From Octopus vulgaris (Eukaryota): a DNA stretch of 64,000 nucleotides. The translations under genes were made by a program, and so were the position numbers. A model generated the notes under the pieces. It had not been told where the DNA came from and searched no databases. It saw only the letters and a list, made by a program, of their open reading frames with translations. Each line of letters opens with the position of its first letter. Positions within the stretch are counted from its first letter, which is position 1. Positions 39,280-53,667 of this stretch are shown here, piece by piece. Location of the stretch: NCBI GenBank assembly GCA_951406725.2, contig OX597817.1, positions 171,864,001 through 171,928,000 on the forward strand, read 5' to 3'.

Positions 39280-39934
39280 TATATATCATCATTATTGTCA
39301 TGTGATGGACGGTTGACAGGAGCTGGCAAACCTGAGAGTTTCTCAGACTCCAGTTGTCTATTTCGGCATGGTTTCATGCCCTTCTAACAGCAACCACTTT
39401 ACAGAGTGTACTGGGTGCTTTTCATGTGACACCAGCACCAGTGCTTTATACAGGACACCAGCATGTGTGTGTGTGTATGTGTCCTTGTCATGATATCGCA
39501 TAACAGCTGTAAATGAGTGTCATACAAGCAGTGTCATTAATTCTAGATATTCCACAGTACATCTCACCATGAAAAAATATTACCTTATTTGGAAACAGGT
39601 GAGGGTTAGCAACAGAAAGAGCATCCAGCCATAGTAAATCCACCTCAAACTAAGCACAACCCATGCTAGCAAGGAAAAGTGTATATTAAAATGATGATGA
39701 TAATAATATAAATATACATACACACACACACACACACAAAGGCATATAATGTTTTTAGAAATAGTTCTTGATATCATCTCAAGATTTAAAAACAGATTAT
39801 CTGAACTCCAAAATCTTTAATTAAATAAAAAGTGTCTTTCAAAATAAAAGGCAGTGGGGATTTAACACAGACTTGACGGAAAGAAGTTTTTGTGTACGTG
39901 CTTACATAGCTCCACCTAGCTACCTACCTACATA

Positions 39935-40243
39935 TCATCATCATCCTCATCATCCTCATTTAGCGTCCGTTTTCCATGCTAGTATGGGTTGGACGGTTTC
40001 ACTGGGGTCTGTGAAGCCAGGAGGCTGCACCAAGCCCAGTCTGATCTGACAGTGTTTCTACGGCTGGATGCCCTTCCTAACGCCAACCACTCCGCGAGTG
40101 TAGTGGGTGCTTTTTACGTGCCACCTGCACAGGAGCCAGACGGAGCTGGCAAACGGCCACGAATGGATGGTGCTTTTTACATGCCACCGGCACGGGGGCC
40201 AGGCGAGGCTGGCAACGGACACAAACGGATGGTGCTTTTACGT
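39935..40243 (-). mobile_element. Repeat family D
   Basis: (CAT)n end and GGTGCTTTTTACGTGCCACC subrepeats. Confidence 0.8.
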
Positions 40244-40280
40244 AAAAACATAAATACATACATACATATATATATATATG

Positions 40281-40329
<49 letters not shown>

Positions 40330-41025
40330 CTATCTCTCTCTCTATATATATATATATATACATATATACATACAAGAATGCAGACAGACATACATGTATT
40401 TCTATAAACACAAATATACATGCTTACACAAGTACATACATACCTTTTCACATACATATCTACACATGCACACACACACATACACACACACATACATGAG
40501 CTCACTGAACTGCATATCCTCATGCAATTACATAATATGAACATTTATCTTTGTATAAGAATAAGAACATATCTAAGCTAATATAGGGGAGTATGTATTT
40601 TGGGATAGTGAGAATGATAGGGGGGAAAAAAGAGAGAAAGAAAGAGTGAGCACGTTTGAGTTACATGTAGGGGATGGAGAGTGCGAAAGAGACTGTGTGT
40701 GTTATTATTTTCTCATAGAGTAGAGAGCACATTAACCATTGAAGTACGAAAGGGAAATAACAACTGGAGTTAAGTAATCCGAAGAGATGAGACCTTGAAG
40801 ATATGAAGGAATTCAATAGCAAAATTGGTAATATATTTAATCAGAAACTATTGGCACTATCCATTGATTATATCAAAATACTATTTCAAAGTAAGATATA
40901 TATTTTCTGCAATTTTCTCTCTTTTATTTCATTTATTTATTTATTATTATTATTTTTTTGTGTGTGTAGTTTCATTTTTTCAGGAAATGCATTTCCATTT
41001 AAATAATATTTATTAAACAGTAATG

Positions 41026-41082
<57 letters not shown>

Positions 41083-41085
<3 letters not shown>

Positions 41086-41297
41086 GTTTCAAATTTTTGG
41101 CACAAGGCCTGCAATCTCAGGGGAAGAGCTAAATCAATTATATTGACCCCAGTATTCAACTGGTGCTTATTTTATTGACCCTGAAAGGATGAAAGGCAAA
41201 GTCAACCTCGACAGAATTTGAACTCAGAACATAAACCTGGAAGAAATCCTGCCAAGCATTTTCCCCAAAATAGTAACAATTCTGTCAGCTTGCTGTC
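41083..41297 (-). mobile_element. SINE family B (tail 2) abutting (TAA)n
   Basis: Reverse-complement body; (AAT)n tract at 41021-41083. Confidence 0.75.
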
Positions 41298-42231
41298 TAT
41301 ATAATGGTTTCAAATTTTGGCACAAAGCCAGCAATTTCAGAGGAGGAGGTAAACTTTAAGATGGCACTGACCATTGGTATAACTGGATGAGAGGTCTGTG
41401 CTCATCTAACTTCGAAGATAGCCAGGCAAGGAAAAGCATAATGCAGATAACAAACCTTTACTTAGTATGAGTACTTATGAAGAGAAGGAGGTTAAGAGAA
41501 CCAGCGCTGACAGTAAATTGGGTCAGGAGAGAATACAGAAGCCATAGACCCCATCCATTTTCAAAAGAACATAGAGCACAATTGTGAGTTGTGCCTGAGC
41601 CCCACCCCACCCCTCAGTGTGAGGATGGGAATATCAATTCATTCATATCTTATTCATAAGGCAATTTGTTCAGTGGTTCTCAAATTAACAAAGTAGCAGG
41701 CCCCACCCAAATGGCAGTGAAATTATTTTGACTCATGCCCCTTCTTTATTTTATAACTCTCAATTATGTAATTATGATAATTATATAATAAAGAACTAAT
41801 AATAATTTGTCCCCACCTACATTTGAATCTTTCTAAAAGCCAAACCCCCAACTCCCACCTCATGAGGAACACCAAGTTAGTTGCTAAAATCCAGTGAAGT
41901 GTTGGGCAAAACCTAACTTGCAGTTTTTGGCTACATATCTGTATGCTTTGAGTTCAAACCATGCATGGGTCCACTTTGTCTTTCATCCTTCTGAAGACAA
42001 AGCAAAAAAGAATAAAAATGCAGTTTGTTGAAGTTGGCACTAGGGTTGATGTAAGCAACTTTTACCCAGAGGTGCTCCAGCATGGCTGCCATCCAATGAG
42101 TGAAACAAGAAAAATATTTTTTTTTAATAAAATGTTATATCACTTGCTGCATTGCCTATAAAGTCTGTGTACACTTACAAAGCTACAAGTATTTTAAATT
42201 GCACATGGGCTTTATAGACACCCCTGTATAA

Positions 42232-42454
42232 TCCTTAAGCATTTAAACCAGCTATATCCTGCCAAAACATTCCACCTGTTTTATGTTCAAATTGGCCATA
42301 TCCAGATTCTCACACCAACCTTACAATATCATTCTAAAATCAACAGGTACCTCTTCAAAATCTCAAAGCTACAAGAGAACGCATGACAAATACAAAACGA
42401 TGTGAATAAATAAGCATCACATTTGATGGAATAATGTGAATGCTGAAGGGATAA
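42232..42454 (+). mobile_element. piggyBac-like MITE
   Basis: Imperfect TIRs CCTTAAGCATT / AATGCTGAAGGG with degenerate TTAA flanks; two further copies in the window. Confidence 0.55.
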
Positions 42455-42522
42455 AGTTGATAACGAGCCAACAGAAATAATAGTATTGCACTAAATGACT
42501 AACGCTAATTCTGAACCAATGT

Positions 42523-42730
42523 GGAGGCATGTGGCTTAGTGGTTAGGGTGTCAGCACCATGATCGTAAGATTGTGGTTTCGATTCCTGGACCAGGTGATG
42601 CGTTGTGTTCTTGAGCAAAACACTTCATTTCACGTTGCTCCAGTCCACTCAGCAGGCAAAAATGAGTAACCCTGCGATGGACTGGCGTCCCATCCAGCCG
42701 GGGAAGACATATGCCATAGAAACCCTTAAT
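42523..42730 (+). mobile_element. SINE family C with a V-domain-like segment
   Basis: A and B boxes followed by CCCTGCGATGGACTGGCGTCCCATCCAG, resembling the V-SINE domain. Confidence 0.8.
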
Positions 42731-43622
42731 GCCAGTAACTGTACAGCACTCCCTCGTATGTATGTATGTGCATCTGTGTATGTGTCTCATTGTCTTGACA
42801 TTGCACAATAGTTGCAAATGGGTCACATCACCATACACCATACACTATACCATACAAGCAGTGCTCTTCATTAATCTGCCATGAAATCATGTCAGGACAT
42901 GGCAAGATATTACCTTACTCGTAAAAAAGGTGCGGGGAGTGGGGCTGGTGAAAGGCAGTGCAACCCACCATAAAAAATTTGCTTCAAGAAATTCCCTTCT
43001 GACCCTTATAAACATGGAAAAGAGCAGGTCAAATCAATAATGTTGATGATGATGATGAGGATGATGATGATGATGATATATTCAATGAACTTCAAACTTT
43101 CTCTATGAATTCAAACTATAGACATGACCCTAGATCTTGTTTTTTAAAACCTCAGTTAAAACCTGCTGTGTGTGCAGTATAATAACAATATGTTGCTTCC
43201 TTCGCAAATGAAAATGTATTTCATAAAATAACGGAGAATAGAAAAGCTAAATGATTGGTAAACATTTTCTCTGCTTCAAATCTCTCACTGATTAAAAAAA
43301 AATAAATTGTATATTGTGTATTACCTAATCAAAAAAAAATATATATATACACTAAAGCTTCCTTTCAATACGAACAACATACATACATACATATACACCT
43401 ATGCATATATATACACATATGCATATATATGTACTACACATATATATATAAATACATATATACACAAATATATAAATACATATGCATACAAATATTTTAG
43501 ATGCATATGCATACAAATATATATATACACACACATGCACATACACACATATATATACATACATTCAAGTAATTTAAAATGAAATGCCAGTTGTACAAAA
43601 TAAATAGACAGATAAATAACTA

Positions 43623-43701
<79 letters not shown>

Positions 43702-43969
43702 TAATTAGAAAGTTTAAAAAAGCGAGAAAAAACCCCCCACTTCACCAGCAAACAGAAGCTGAAGATTATTATGATTGTTAGCGAAGGATCTAACGATGAA
43801 AAAATAAATTAGACTTCATTGAATGCTACTACTGCTGATCATTAGCAATCGAACCAGCTGATGTGACTTAAATAATATTCAATAACTTTATCAGATCATC
43901 AGACCAAAAAATTAGATTCTAAAATAAATAAATAAACAGCCCCCTGTCCAGTAAAACATAATGAAGTGA

Positions 43970-44017
<48 letters not shown>

Positions 44018-44124
44018 GTTCTGAACATTCCACACCAACACATTTGCGTGTGTGTGTGTGTGCATGTTTGTGTATGTGTATGTGAGTGTAATATACAAAT
44101 ACATACTTATACATTCATGTAATT

Positions 44125-44189
<65 letters not shown>

Positions 44190-44272
44190 CACATTTATTT
44201 TCTTACATATGAATATACATATATACATATGTGTGTGTGAGTATACATATATACATGTGTGTGTGTGTGTAA

Positions 44273-44309
<37 letters not shown>

Positions 44310-44331
44310 AATATATATATGCATATATGTA

Positions 44332-44378
<47 letters not shown>

Positions 44379-44457
44379 ATACATACACACACACACAAAC
44401 ACACAACCACAAGCAATCTTTGCATGTGTGTGTTCTTATAGATTAATAAATGTGTGT

Positions 44458-44500
<43 letters not shown>

Positions 44501-44909
44501 CACACACATATTCATATTGTGATAGGTGAGGCTATCAAAACTACATTCTACACTTGCTAAGAAGATATGCAGAAAAAAGAAAAAGAAAAAGAAAAAGGAA
44601 AAAAAAAAAAACAGAATTGGCTTAGGAAACAAACAACATTTTAAGCGTAAAAATCAACTAAAATATTAACAGATAGAAATGAAATTGTGGCAAGATGTGA
44701 TAAGAATTTGAATGTTGCATAAAGTAAATAACAACATAAGGAAATTAGTTTCTTCACACCAAATGAATAAAAGGAAGTCGCTGAAGGCTGCTGAGGAAAT
44801 TTTTGCAGAAGTTTTGTGTCAGTTTTCTTGTAGAAATAAACTAGAATACATGAAAAAAACTAAAGTAAGATGAACCAGCAAAGGAGGTTTTTGCTGGTCA
44901 TTCAATCTT

Positions 44910-45296
44910 TACTCTTTTAAGTGTTTCAGTCATGTGACTGTGGCCATGCTGGAGCACCACCTTTTGTCGAGCAAATCAAACCCCAGGATTTATTCTTCGT
45001 AAGCCTAGTACTTAATCTATCGGTCTCTTTTGCCGAATCACTAAGTTACGGGGACGCAAACACACCAGCATCGGTTGTCAAGTGATATTTGGGGGACAAA
45101 CACAGACACACAAATATATACAGACACACATACACATATATATGTGACGGGCTTCTTTCAGTTTCCATCTCACAAGGCTTTGGTCGACCCAAGGCTATAG
45201 TAGAAAATACTTGCCCAAGGTGCCACGCAGTGGGACTGAACCTGGAACCATGTGGTTGGTAAACAGGCTACTTACCACACAACCACTTCTATGCCT
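44910..45296 (-). mobile_element. SINE family A
   Basis: Head and tail in reverse complement. Confidence 0.85.
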
Positions 45297-45542
45297 CTAT
45301 AAAATCTGTACAAAAATCAAATTTTTCTCCCTAGATATATCTTAGTGTCTTGGAGAAAAATCTGAAGATAATTCATTTATTCGTTGTTTGTTTGTTTATC
45401 TGCTGTGTGTGAAATATGGGGCAGTGCCTGTGGCGTTTGTTAGTCTACGTGTCCTGGTGCCATTGATATTAGCTTCAAACTTTGGCACAGGGCAATAAGT
45501 TTAGGGGAAGTTGGTTGCATCGATCCCAGTATTCAATTGGTA

Positions 45543-45955
45543 CCGTAAATCCTCGAGTATAATCCACATTTTTTTCCCAAAATTTAAAGGTCAAAATCCC
45601 TAGTGCATACTGTATATAAGGTTAAAAATGAAAAATACTTTCTAAGCAATGTCCGAGTCTCTGTTTGCTGTCCGGCAATGTTTATTCAGACACATTTTGT
45701 GATGTCGGGGGCGAAAATACCTTAAGCTAAGCCTGAAAGCAATGAAGTCATAAAAGAATCATCCATAATTTGCAGTAAGCAACATTTATTAAACGTTATT
45801 ACTGTTATTTCTTTATTTTCTGCAAACAAAATGCACAAAAAAGCTACATGTTTGCATTATGTTTATATACATTAATAATAAAGGATGTTACCGTATACAT
45901 TTTTACAAACCAAAGATGTTATATAGATCTCCTTGACTCAAGTTAGAGAAAGGGT
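45543..45955 (+). mobile_element. pogo/Tigger-like DNA transposon fragment (one end)
   Basis: TA-CCGTAAATCCTCGAGTATAA terminus; second TIR not found. Confidence 0.4.
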
Positions 45956-46620
45956 CCATTGTGGGCCTTATCTGAACTTTGGTAGAGTATCAATAATTAT
46001 TAGCAACCAAGATACCTCCAGACCATGAAGAGAAGTACTGGTCACTGGATTGTGATCCTAGCTATGTTAAAGATGTGCTCTTGTACTTCCTTACAATCAA
46101 GAGATAAGCACCCTAACCACTGAGCTGCATGTCTTCAGTGATAGTGAAACCCAACAAGTGGAGTGACTTCAAGGGTTCTAGTCAATAACTGCCCATATTT
46201 TAAGTAGGGTGTAGTGTGATGATGTTTTGGTTGCTGGTTGTCCTCAAGAAAAGATGTAATGATCGTGACAGGAGTTCTTTGATCCTATGTGTGCATAATG
46301 AGGGCTGATGAGGGACAAAACAACAACAAAATATTTTTGGTTGCTTTGACACTTGAAAATAGTGTTTTTTTTTGCTATTGCTGTTTAACCTTGGGTAAGC
46401 CTTGGTTGAAGAGATCTATGTTCAAAGACACTCCAGCCTTAACTGCCCTGTTTTTCTTGTTCTTAAAACCCTGTATTTGACAATACATATCTATGTCTTG
46501 CCTTTTGTTTCAAGATTGTAAGTCATATGATTTGAGGAGAGTTTAGCTGCTATTTCTAACAATCAATATAACTGCATAAAAGCTGATGTATCTGTCCTCA
46601 TTGATAATCATTTTTGATTT

Positions 46621-46716
46621 AAGTGTGATAATTTTCACAGGGGATGTGTTAGTGCACTCTCCCCCATCAAGTGTGATAATTTTCATGGGGGATAGGTTAG
46701 TGCCCTCTCCCCCATC
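46621..46716. repeat. 48-bp tandem duplication
   Basis: AAGTGTGATAATTTTCA...TTAGTGCNCTCTCCCCCATC occurs twice. Confidence 0.9.
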
Positions 46717-47156
46717 AGCTAACACAGTTACTTCTTTGTAACTGGAACCAGAGACTGATAACAAAGTCAAAGTTGACTGTAATAATTTGAGACTTCCTTC
46801 TTGAATGGCTTTCTATTAATCTCAAGATAGATAGGAGCCATCTGAATTCAGTACTGCCAATTAAGAAAATGTTCATTATTTATGAAGAAGTCATTTCACT
46901 GCTTACAGCAGAAAAGTTGCACATACAACCTGCTATCATTTTACAGCTTTGGAGACTGGATATATCAGAATTGTCTTGTTCGTAGCCAATTTGCAGTTCT
47001 GCTGATGGGATTAATATGAAGCATCGACCCATCTGTAGCATGTATCTGATTAACTCATTCATATCTGGTTGTCAAAAACAAAACTAAGAAATTTTCAATT
47101 TAGCAGAGGCAATTAGTTTAAATGATATTATAGATCATTCTTTATCAGCTTTATAA

Positions 47157-47360
47157 GGCGGCAAGCTGGCATAATCATTACTGCACAAGCATTTTCTCTG
47201 TCTTTGTGTTCTGAGTTCAAATATTGCCGGGGTCGATTTTGCCCTTTACCTTTTCGGGGTTGATGTACTAATCAAGCACTAATTGAACTTTGGGGGTCAA
47301 TGTAATCAACTTGACCCCTCCTTCACCAAATTTTAGGCCTTGTGCCTAAAGTAGAAAGGA
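47157..47360 (+). mobile_element. SINE family B (tail 2)
   Basis: GGCGGCAAGCTGGC...GAGTTCAAAT...GGCCTTGTGCCTAAAGTAGAAAG. Confidence 0.75.
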
Positions 47361-47570
47361 CTCTTTACCAGCTTTGTTTAGGTGCAGGAAAATTTAATTC
47401 TATCATTTAGCAAATTTGAAACAACTAATATTAAGACATAACACAAAACATTTGTTATATACCTGTTAATTCATGTACGAGAACACCACAAAATACATGA
47501 AGATGAGCAAGTCAATACAAGTAACATTTTGATTGGTGAAATCAAATTTAAATTTTCCCATACCCATCAG

Positions 47571-47633
<63 letters not shown>

Positions 47634-48208
47634 TCGGATATAGTCCAATCCTTTGTCAGCTATTTTTTGGCTGCATGTGATGTCTTTGTTTCCGATGTTT
47701 GTGGATAGATTTCGGAGCACTGTTCAGCAAAAGAGAATAATAAGGTAAGTACTGAGATGAATTTTTTCACCTAAAACCCTTCAGGGAGGTGCTCCAGCAT
47801 GACCACCCACAGTTCAATGAATGAAGCAAATAAAAGATAAACAGTAAAAAGGAAAGTGCAGCCTATAAATTTGTCCCTTTCAAAACCCCTGGACTAAATA
47901 GATATACTTGACTGATATGCATTTTATCAAACCTGGAAGAAAGCTTGAATGGTAAAGTTGGTCTGGACAGGATTTGAACTCAGAACTTAAGACATATGTG
48001 TGACTAAGTAGCACAAAACACAAATCAGTTTGTCTGGTATTGTACTAATTCTGTCATCTACTGGCATTAATAATGATCAATATTGATTAGTTATAGGAGT
48101 GATGTTCTCATGTACTCTTTCATAGAAGACCCTCAGAAAAGGCACACACATGCACACACATATATATATGTATGTATGTATGTATATATAAATGCGTATG
48201 TACGTGTA

Positions 48209-48243
<35 letters not shown>

Positions 48244-48253
48244 GGTATATATG

Positions 48254-48359
<106 letters not shown>

Positions 48360-48736
48360 GTTCATTTTGTTTGCTGTTTCTTTTCTTGCCTTTGAATGTG
48401 ATCTACAGATTTATTGATTGGTCAAATCACTTAATGGCAGGGAGAACTCATTAAAATCGCCACATTAGCATATTCTATTTAATGCAAGCATAAAGGAACT
48501 GAAGAAACCAGTTGCACCAAGTAACATACCTTAAACCCTGCAAACCTACCTAATATTCCGCCACACCACCTTATGCCTCACCCTTCTCCTAAACAACCAC
48601 TACCACCACCATCAAATTCAGCACAACCAACAACAACAATTATTATTATTATTAATCATGGTGTACATGAATGTTTTATATTCGGAATCAATGTCCTTGA
48701 TACCAGGTCACCATCGACATTATTGTTATCATTCTT

Positions 48737-49178
48737 ATAAAAGAAATCATTATTATTATTGAGTGAGAGAGCAACACATGCCATCAAAGTGACACTGGGG
48801 TAAAATATACGAAGCCCAATATACCCATCATGACTATCTGTTTTATAAGGGTACACCAAGTACATGCGTCACAACCATATGTGCGTGACATGGTGATTTC
48901 ATATCAAGATAGACAGCACATGATCTTGTAGGTGGGGCCCAGTTAGAATTTTATTCTGGTCGAGTAACCCATCCCGCTCAAAAGGTCTCTGAATAAGGGT
49001 TGGTTAAGGATGATGAACGAATCACCCATGTTTCCAGAGGTGAATTATTCAAACCCCAAAGAATTCCTCTCAACACATGGCTATGATGCTCTCCAACTAT
49101 TCCTGCTCATGATCAGAGATGCACATATTGTCATCCACCCAGGGACATGCTCAACTGGTTAAGGTCAAACAACTGAAG
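48737..49178 (-). mobile_element. Unclassified (TAA)n-tailed retroposon fragment
   Basis: GC-richer non-coding segment ending, on the minus strand, in CTCTCTCACTC(AAT)n. Confidence 0.35.
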
Positions 49179-49450
49179 GGTCAACATAATCGACTTTTTT
49201 GCAGGCCTTGTGCCAAAATTAGAAAGAATTAGTATTATTGTTATTGTTGTTGTTATTATTATTATTATCATTATTACTTTTTTTTCTTCTTTCAAATTTG
49301 CTTCCATTTCTTGCCGAGTGTCTTCCCGACTCCTAGGGCAAAGAAACTCATAGTATACATTGGTAGGCCATTAAACCAAACTCAATAGTTCATTTTTTTT
49401 TTTTTTTTTTTTTAAGTTGAATTAAAATACATGAGCAGCAACAGTTCTCA

Positions 49451-49488
<38 letters not shown>

Positions 49489-49489
<1 letters not shown>

Positions 49490-49698
49490 GGCTGCAAGCT
49501 GGCAGGATCGTTAGCATGCCGGGCAAACATGCTTAGCAGTATTTTGTCTGCTGTTATGCTCTGAGTTCAAATTCCACTGAGGTCAACTTTGCCTTTCATC
49601 CTTTCGAGATCGATAAGTCAAGTACCAGTTGAGTACTGGGGTCGATGTAATCGATTACCCCCCCTCCCCAAAATTTCAGGCCTTGTGCCTATAATAGA

Positions 49699-49702
<4 letters not shown>
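49489..49702 (+). mobile_element. SINE family B (tail 2) between (ATT)n tracts
   Basis: Full head, body and tail. Confidence 0.85.
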
Positions 49703-49730
<28 letters not shown>

Positions 49731-49731
<1 letters not shown>

Positions 49732-50328
49732 CACTCAGTAGTCTTATTTTTATAACGTGCTTTCACTTCACTACCGTGCGCAGATGTGTGCCTTGGGTAT
49801 GTGCTGTGGTTTGTTGTGATGCTCTTATTTTTACTGTATTGAAAGTGCTTTATGTAGGATGCGTGTGGTGCCTAGTAGTGCAATTTTCTGTATGTTATAT
49901 GTGTTTGTAAGTCCTGGTGTTTCTGTTATATATTTGTCTGAATATTTTTTATCATACTTAATGTGCCTACAATGATAGGAATTGTTTCTGTTTTTAGATT
50001 CCACATTCTGGTTACCTCTATTTCCAGGTCTTTGTATTTTGAAAGTTTCTCCATTTATTTTAAGGAAACATTGTCATCTGTTGGTATTGATGCATTAATT
50101 AGAAAACATTTTCTTTCTTGATCTCTGACAACTAGATCCGGCCTATTGGCCTTAATTTCTCTACCTGTGTGTATTAGCAGATGCCAGAGTATGGTTGCTT
50201 TCTCATTTTCTGTGACCTTTTCTGGTGTGTGCCTATACCATCTTTTTTCTGTTTCTGTTCCACAGCTTCCAGTGTATATAGATCCCAACTCTGTCATGTA
50301 TGTGAATATATTCCTTCTTAGCCAGGAC

Positions 50329-50330
<2 letters not shown>
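49731..50330 (-). pseudogene. 3' end of an R4/Dong-type non-LTR retrotransposon: restriction-like endonuclease domain plus 3' UTR
   Basis: KEYIHIHDRVGIYIHWKL (frameshift) WYRHTPEKVTENEKATILW...ANRPDLVVRD...K*MEKLSKYKDLEIEVTRMW...QKIALLGTTRILHKALSIQ* (stop 49831-49833); (TAA)n on both sides. Confidence 0.88.
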
Positions 50331-50381
<51 letters not shown>

Positions 50382-50382
50382 C

Positions 50383-50780
50383 ACTCTTTTACTCTTTTAC
50401 TTGTTTCAGTTATTTGACAGTGGCCATGCTGGAGCACCGCCTTTAGTCGAGTAAATCGATCCCAGGACTTATTCTTTGTAAGCCTAATATTTATTCTATC
50501 GATCTCTTTTGCCAAACCGCTAAGTTATGGCGATGTAAACACACCAGCATCGGTTGTCAAGGGGGGACAAACACAGACACACACACAGACACACACATAC
50601 ATATATATACATATATATCATGGGCTTCTTTCAGTTTTCGTCTAACAAGTCCACTCACAAGGCTTTGGTCGACCCAAAGCTATATTAGAAGATACTTGCC
50701 CAAGTTGCCACGCAGTGGGACTGAACCCGGAACCATGTGGTTGGTAAACAAGCTTCTTACCACACAGCCACTCCTACACC
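50383..50780 (-). mobile_element. SINE family A between (ATT)n tracts
   Basis: Head and tail in reverse complement. Confidence 0.87.
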
Positions 50781-50817
<37 letters not shown>

Positions 50818-51216
50818 TATTATTATTATTATTATTATTATACTCCTCATCATCTCTGTAAATATTACCACCCTCATAGCAACACAGAAATCCCAGTTAT
50901 CATCAATCATTATCATTCTTTAGTATGATGTAGATCAATCACCAGGGAATTGTTAAAAAAGGAAGAAGAGAAAAACAGGTCTTTTAGCGATATTTATCAA
51001 ATTCTTCTTATCATTCAGATAATTTGTGAATATTTCATAGAATGCTCTATCAACAGAGGGTGACGTTTAAAGCCTTTATGTATGGTGGGATGTGAAATAT
51101 TTGCTTATCAAGCAAGGTATGTTTGTTCAGTCAGTACCAGAGCAGAGCAGAGATTCAATTTCATGTTTGCTGAGTATATAATACGTGAACAGAGCACTAA
51201 ACATGAATATGCACAT

Positions 51217-51251
<35 letters not shown>

Positions 51252-51480
51252 CACACAAACGCACACACATACACTGAGAAAGAGAGAGAGAGAAATACCT
51301 CATGAAAAACACACCTTTTAAAAAGAAGGTAATGGCAATTAGAAGAAACATGCCAGAAAGTTTGGTGTAAAACTGTAGGAAATCTAAATGGGAATATGAA
51401 TTGTTAATGGAGTTAGTTTTATGGTATGTGTGTATATATATACATATGTATGCATATAAACATATGTGTAGATATGTGTG

Positions 51481-51512
<32 letters not shown>

Positions 51513-51645
51513 GAGAGAGAAAGATAGATGGATAGATAGATAGATAAATAGATAGATAGATAGATAGATAGATAGACAGGTAGACAAACAGATAGACAAA
51601 TATATATATATACATACATATATATATATACATATATATATATAC

Positions 51646-51690
<45 letters not shown>

Positions 51691-51729
51691 TATACATATA
51701 CATACATATATATATATATACATATACAT

Positions 51730-51766
<37 letters not shown>

Positions 51767-51769
51767 CAT

Positions 51770-51806
<37 letters not shown>

Positions 51807-51821
51807 CAGACATATACAGAC

Positions 51822-51859
<38 letters not shown>

Positions 51860-52785
51860 TTATGTATATATATGCATGTATGTAGATTCTTCTCTTCCTC
51901 TTTTTAATTTAGAGCAAATTTTGACCAACCACTACTTGGTAGCAAGGTTCTTTGTCTTCTCTTGTCTCTCTTACTTTTTTGTAATGTTTGATTTTTTTTA
52001 TTCCATATTAATTCGAGCAATACATTAGCATCGGTGCACCACACCGTATTGTTATCATGTTATATCACAATTAGAGAGATGTTAACTGCCAGCTAAATTC
52101 TAATGTCAGCCAACAGACTGCTTGACAACAGCAATAGCTTTACCTTCTTCAGAAAAGTAAAACTTGAGTCAGAGATTCTATTCTTATCTTCCTTCACTAA
52201 GCAATTTTACAACAATCCTTTATACTAACATTTCATATACTAAGTATGTGAGAAAGAAACAGAAAAAACATACACAAGCATTTTTCTTCATCTTTATATC
52301 TCTAAACTGTAGAAGATTTTTGTTTTCCATCTATATTCAAATTATTTAACATGATTGTTCATTTTCTTCGTTAAAAAGTGATATCGGTAAAGTTATAGAT
52401 AGAGTGTTATTAATTAAAGATTAACTCATTAACCTTTTGACTGCAAAATTAAATTTCATGGTTATTCCAGTAAAAATTTTAACTATCTACCAAAATGTAG
52501 AATTGGTATTTTCTGCAAATCACATTGCCTTAATAAACTTGACATATTTAAAAAAAATAGTTTCAGACATGACATTCCACAAGAAAAGATAGATTGGTAT
52601 ATAAAAATACTTTCTGCAATTAGCACTGTAGCATTTAAATCGGGCATATCTAGCCCAAATATTTTACCTGCTCTGTGTTCAAACCAACCAGATCCAGTTT
52701 CCTAACACCTGTCCTAAAAATGAACAATCACATCATAGAAATCTCAAAGCTTCAAGATAATGCACTATTAATTGAAAACAATGTG

Positions 52786-53075
52786 ACCAAGATCACTCAA
52801 AGAGTACAAAACTCCATCAAGGCAACACCAATCAATGATTAACGAGAGATGATTTTTAAAATGAGAATGTCTGAAATAAACTTGACTGCTCTTACAAACG
52901 CAAAACTAAAAATGAACCCGACCGCTCTCAAAAGTTAGGTAAAAAAAAAAACAGAACAATAATCCAGAATCCTTGTCCAGCACCTGATCAATCCCAAAAT
53001 CTAATCAGTTTGTGCCAGTCATGAGAGATATCTTGTCCAAGGACGAAAAACAAACAAAACTGAAAACAATACCTT
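52786..53075 (+). mobile_element. HINE-like element nested in a piggyBac-like MITE (52622-53112)
   Basis: Homologous to 62890-63255; flanks continue the MITE sequence of 42232-42454. Confidence 0.6.
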
Positions 53076-53296
53076 GAATAAACATTGCATTTGACAGGAT
53101 AAACTGAATGTTAAGGGGTTGAGGGTAATGAAATTTTGGGTGTATATATCTGATTTCTGCAGTAAAAGGGCTAAACTTTGGTTTTTGGTTATACACCTAG
53201 ATAAGGTGTTTGAGAACTTTGTTTCAATGAAATAAGATGTATTTCGTTGAAGTAATAGTACTGCTTGTAGTTTGAAAATATCATATACTATAGAAA

Positions 53297-53510
53297 GGTA
53301 GTGAGCTGACAGAATCATTAGCACTCTGGAGAAAATGCTTAGTGGTATTTCACCTGTCTTTACGGTCTGTATTCAAACTCTGTCAAGGTGTGCTTCGTCT
53401 TTCATCCTTTTGGCGTTGATAAAATAAGTACCAATTGAACACCGCAGATGATATAATTGACTTACTCCCTCCCCTAAAATTGCTATCTTTGTGCCAAAAT
53501 TTGAGATCAT
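53297..53510 (+). mobile_element. SINE family B (tail 2), degenerate
   Basis: GAGCTGACAGAATCATTAGC...TTTCATCCTTT...TGTGCCAAAATTTGA. Confidence 0.7.
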
Positions 53511-53667
53511 AATATACTATAGAATATATAATTAGAAACAGCATATATTTGTTTCATTAGGGGCTTTAAAACATCCATAAAAATTGCTGTGTATTTTTGA
53601 GTACACTGAGCCATAGGTGGTTCCTGAAGAGCACAATTTTAGAAGAAAAGGAAAATATTGTTTCTCT

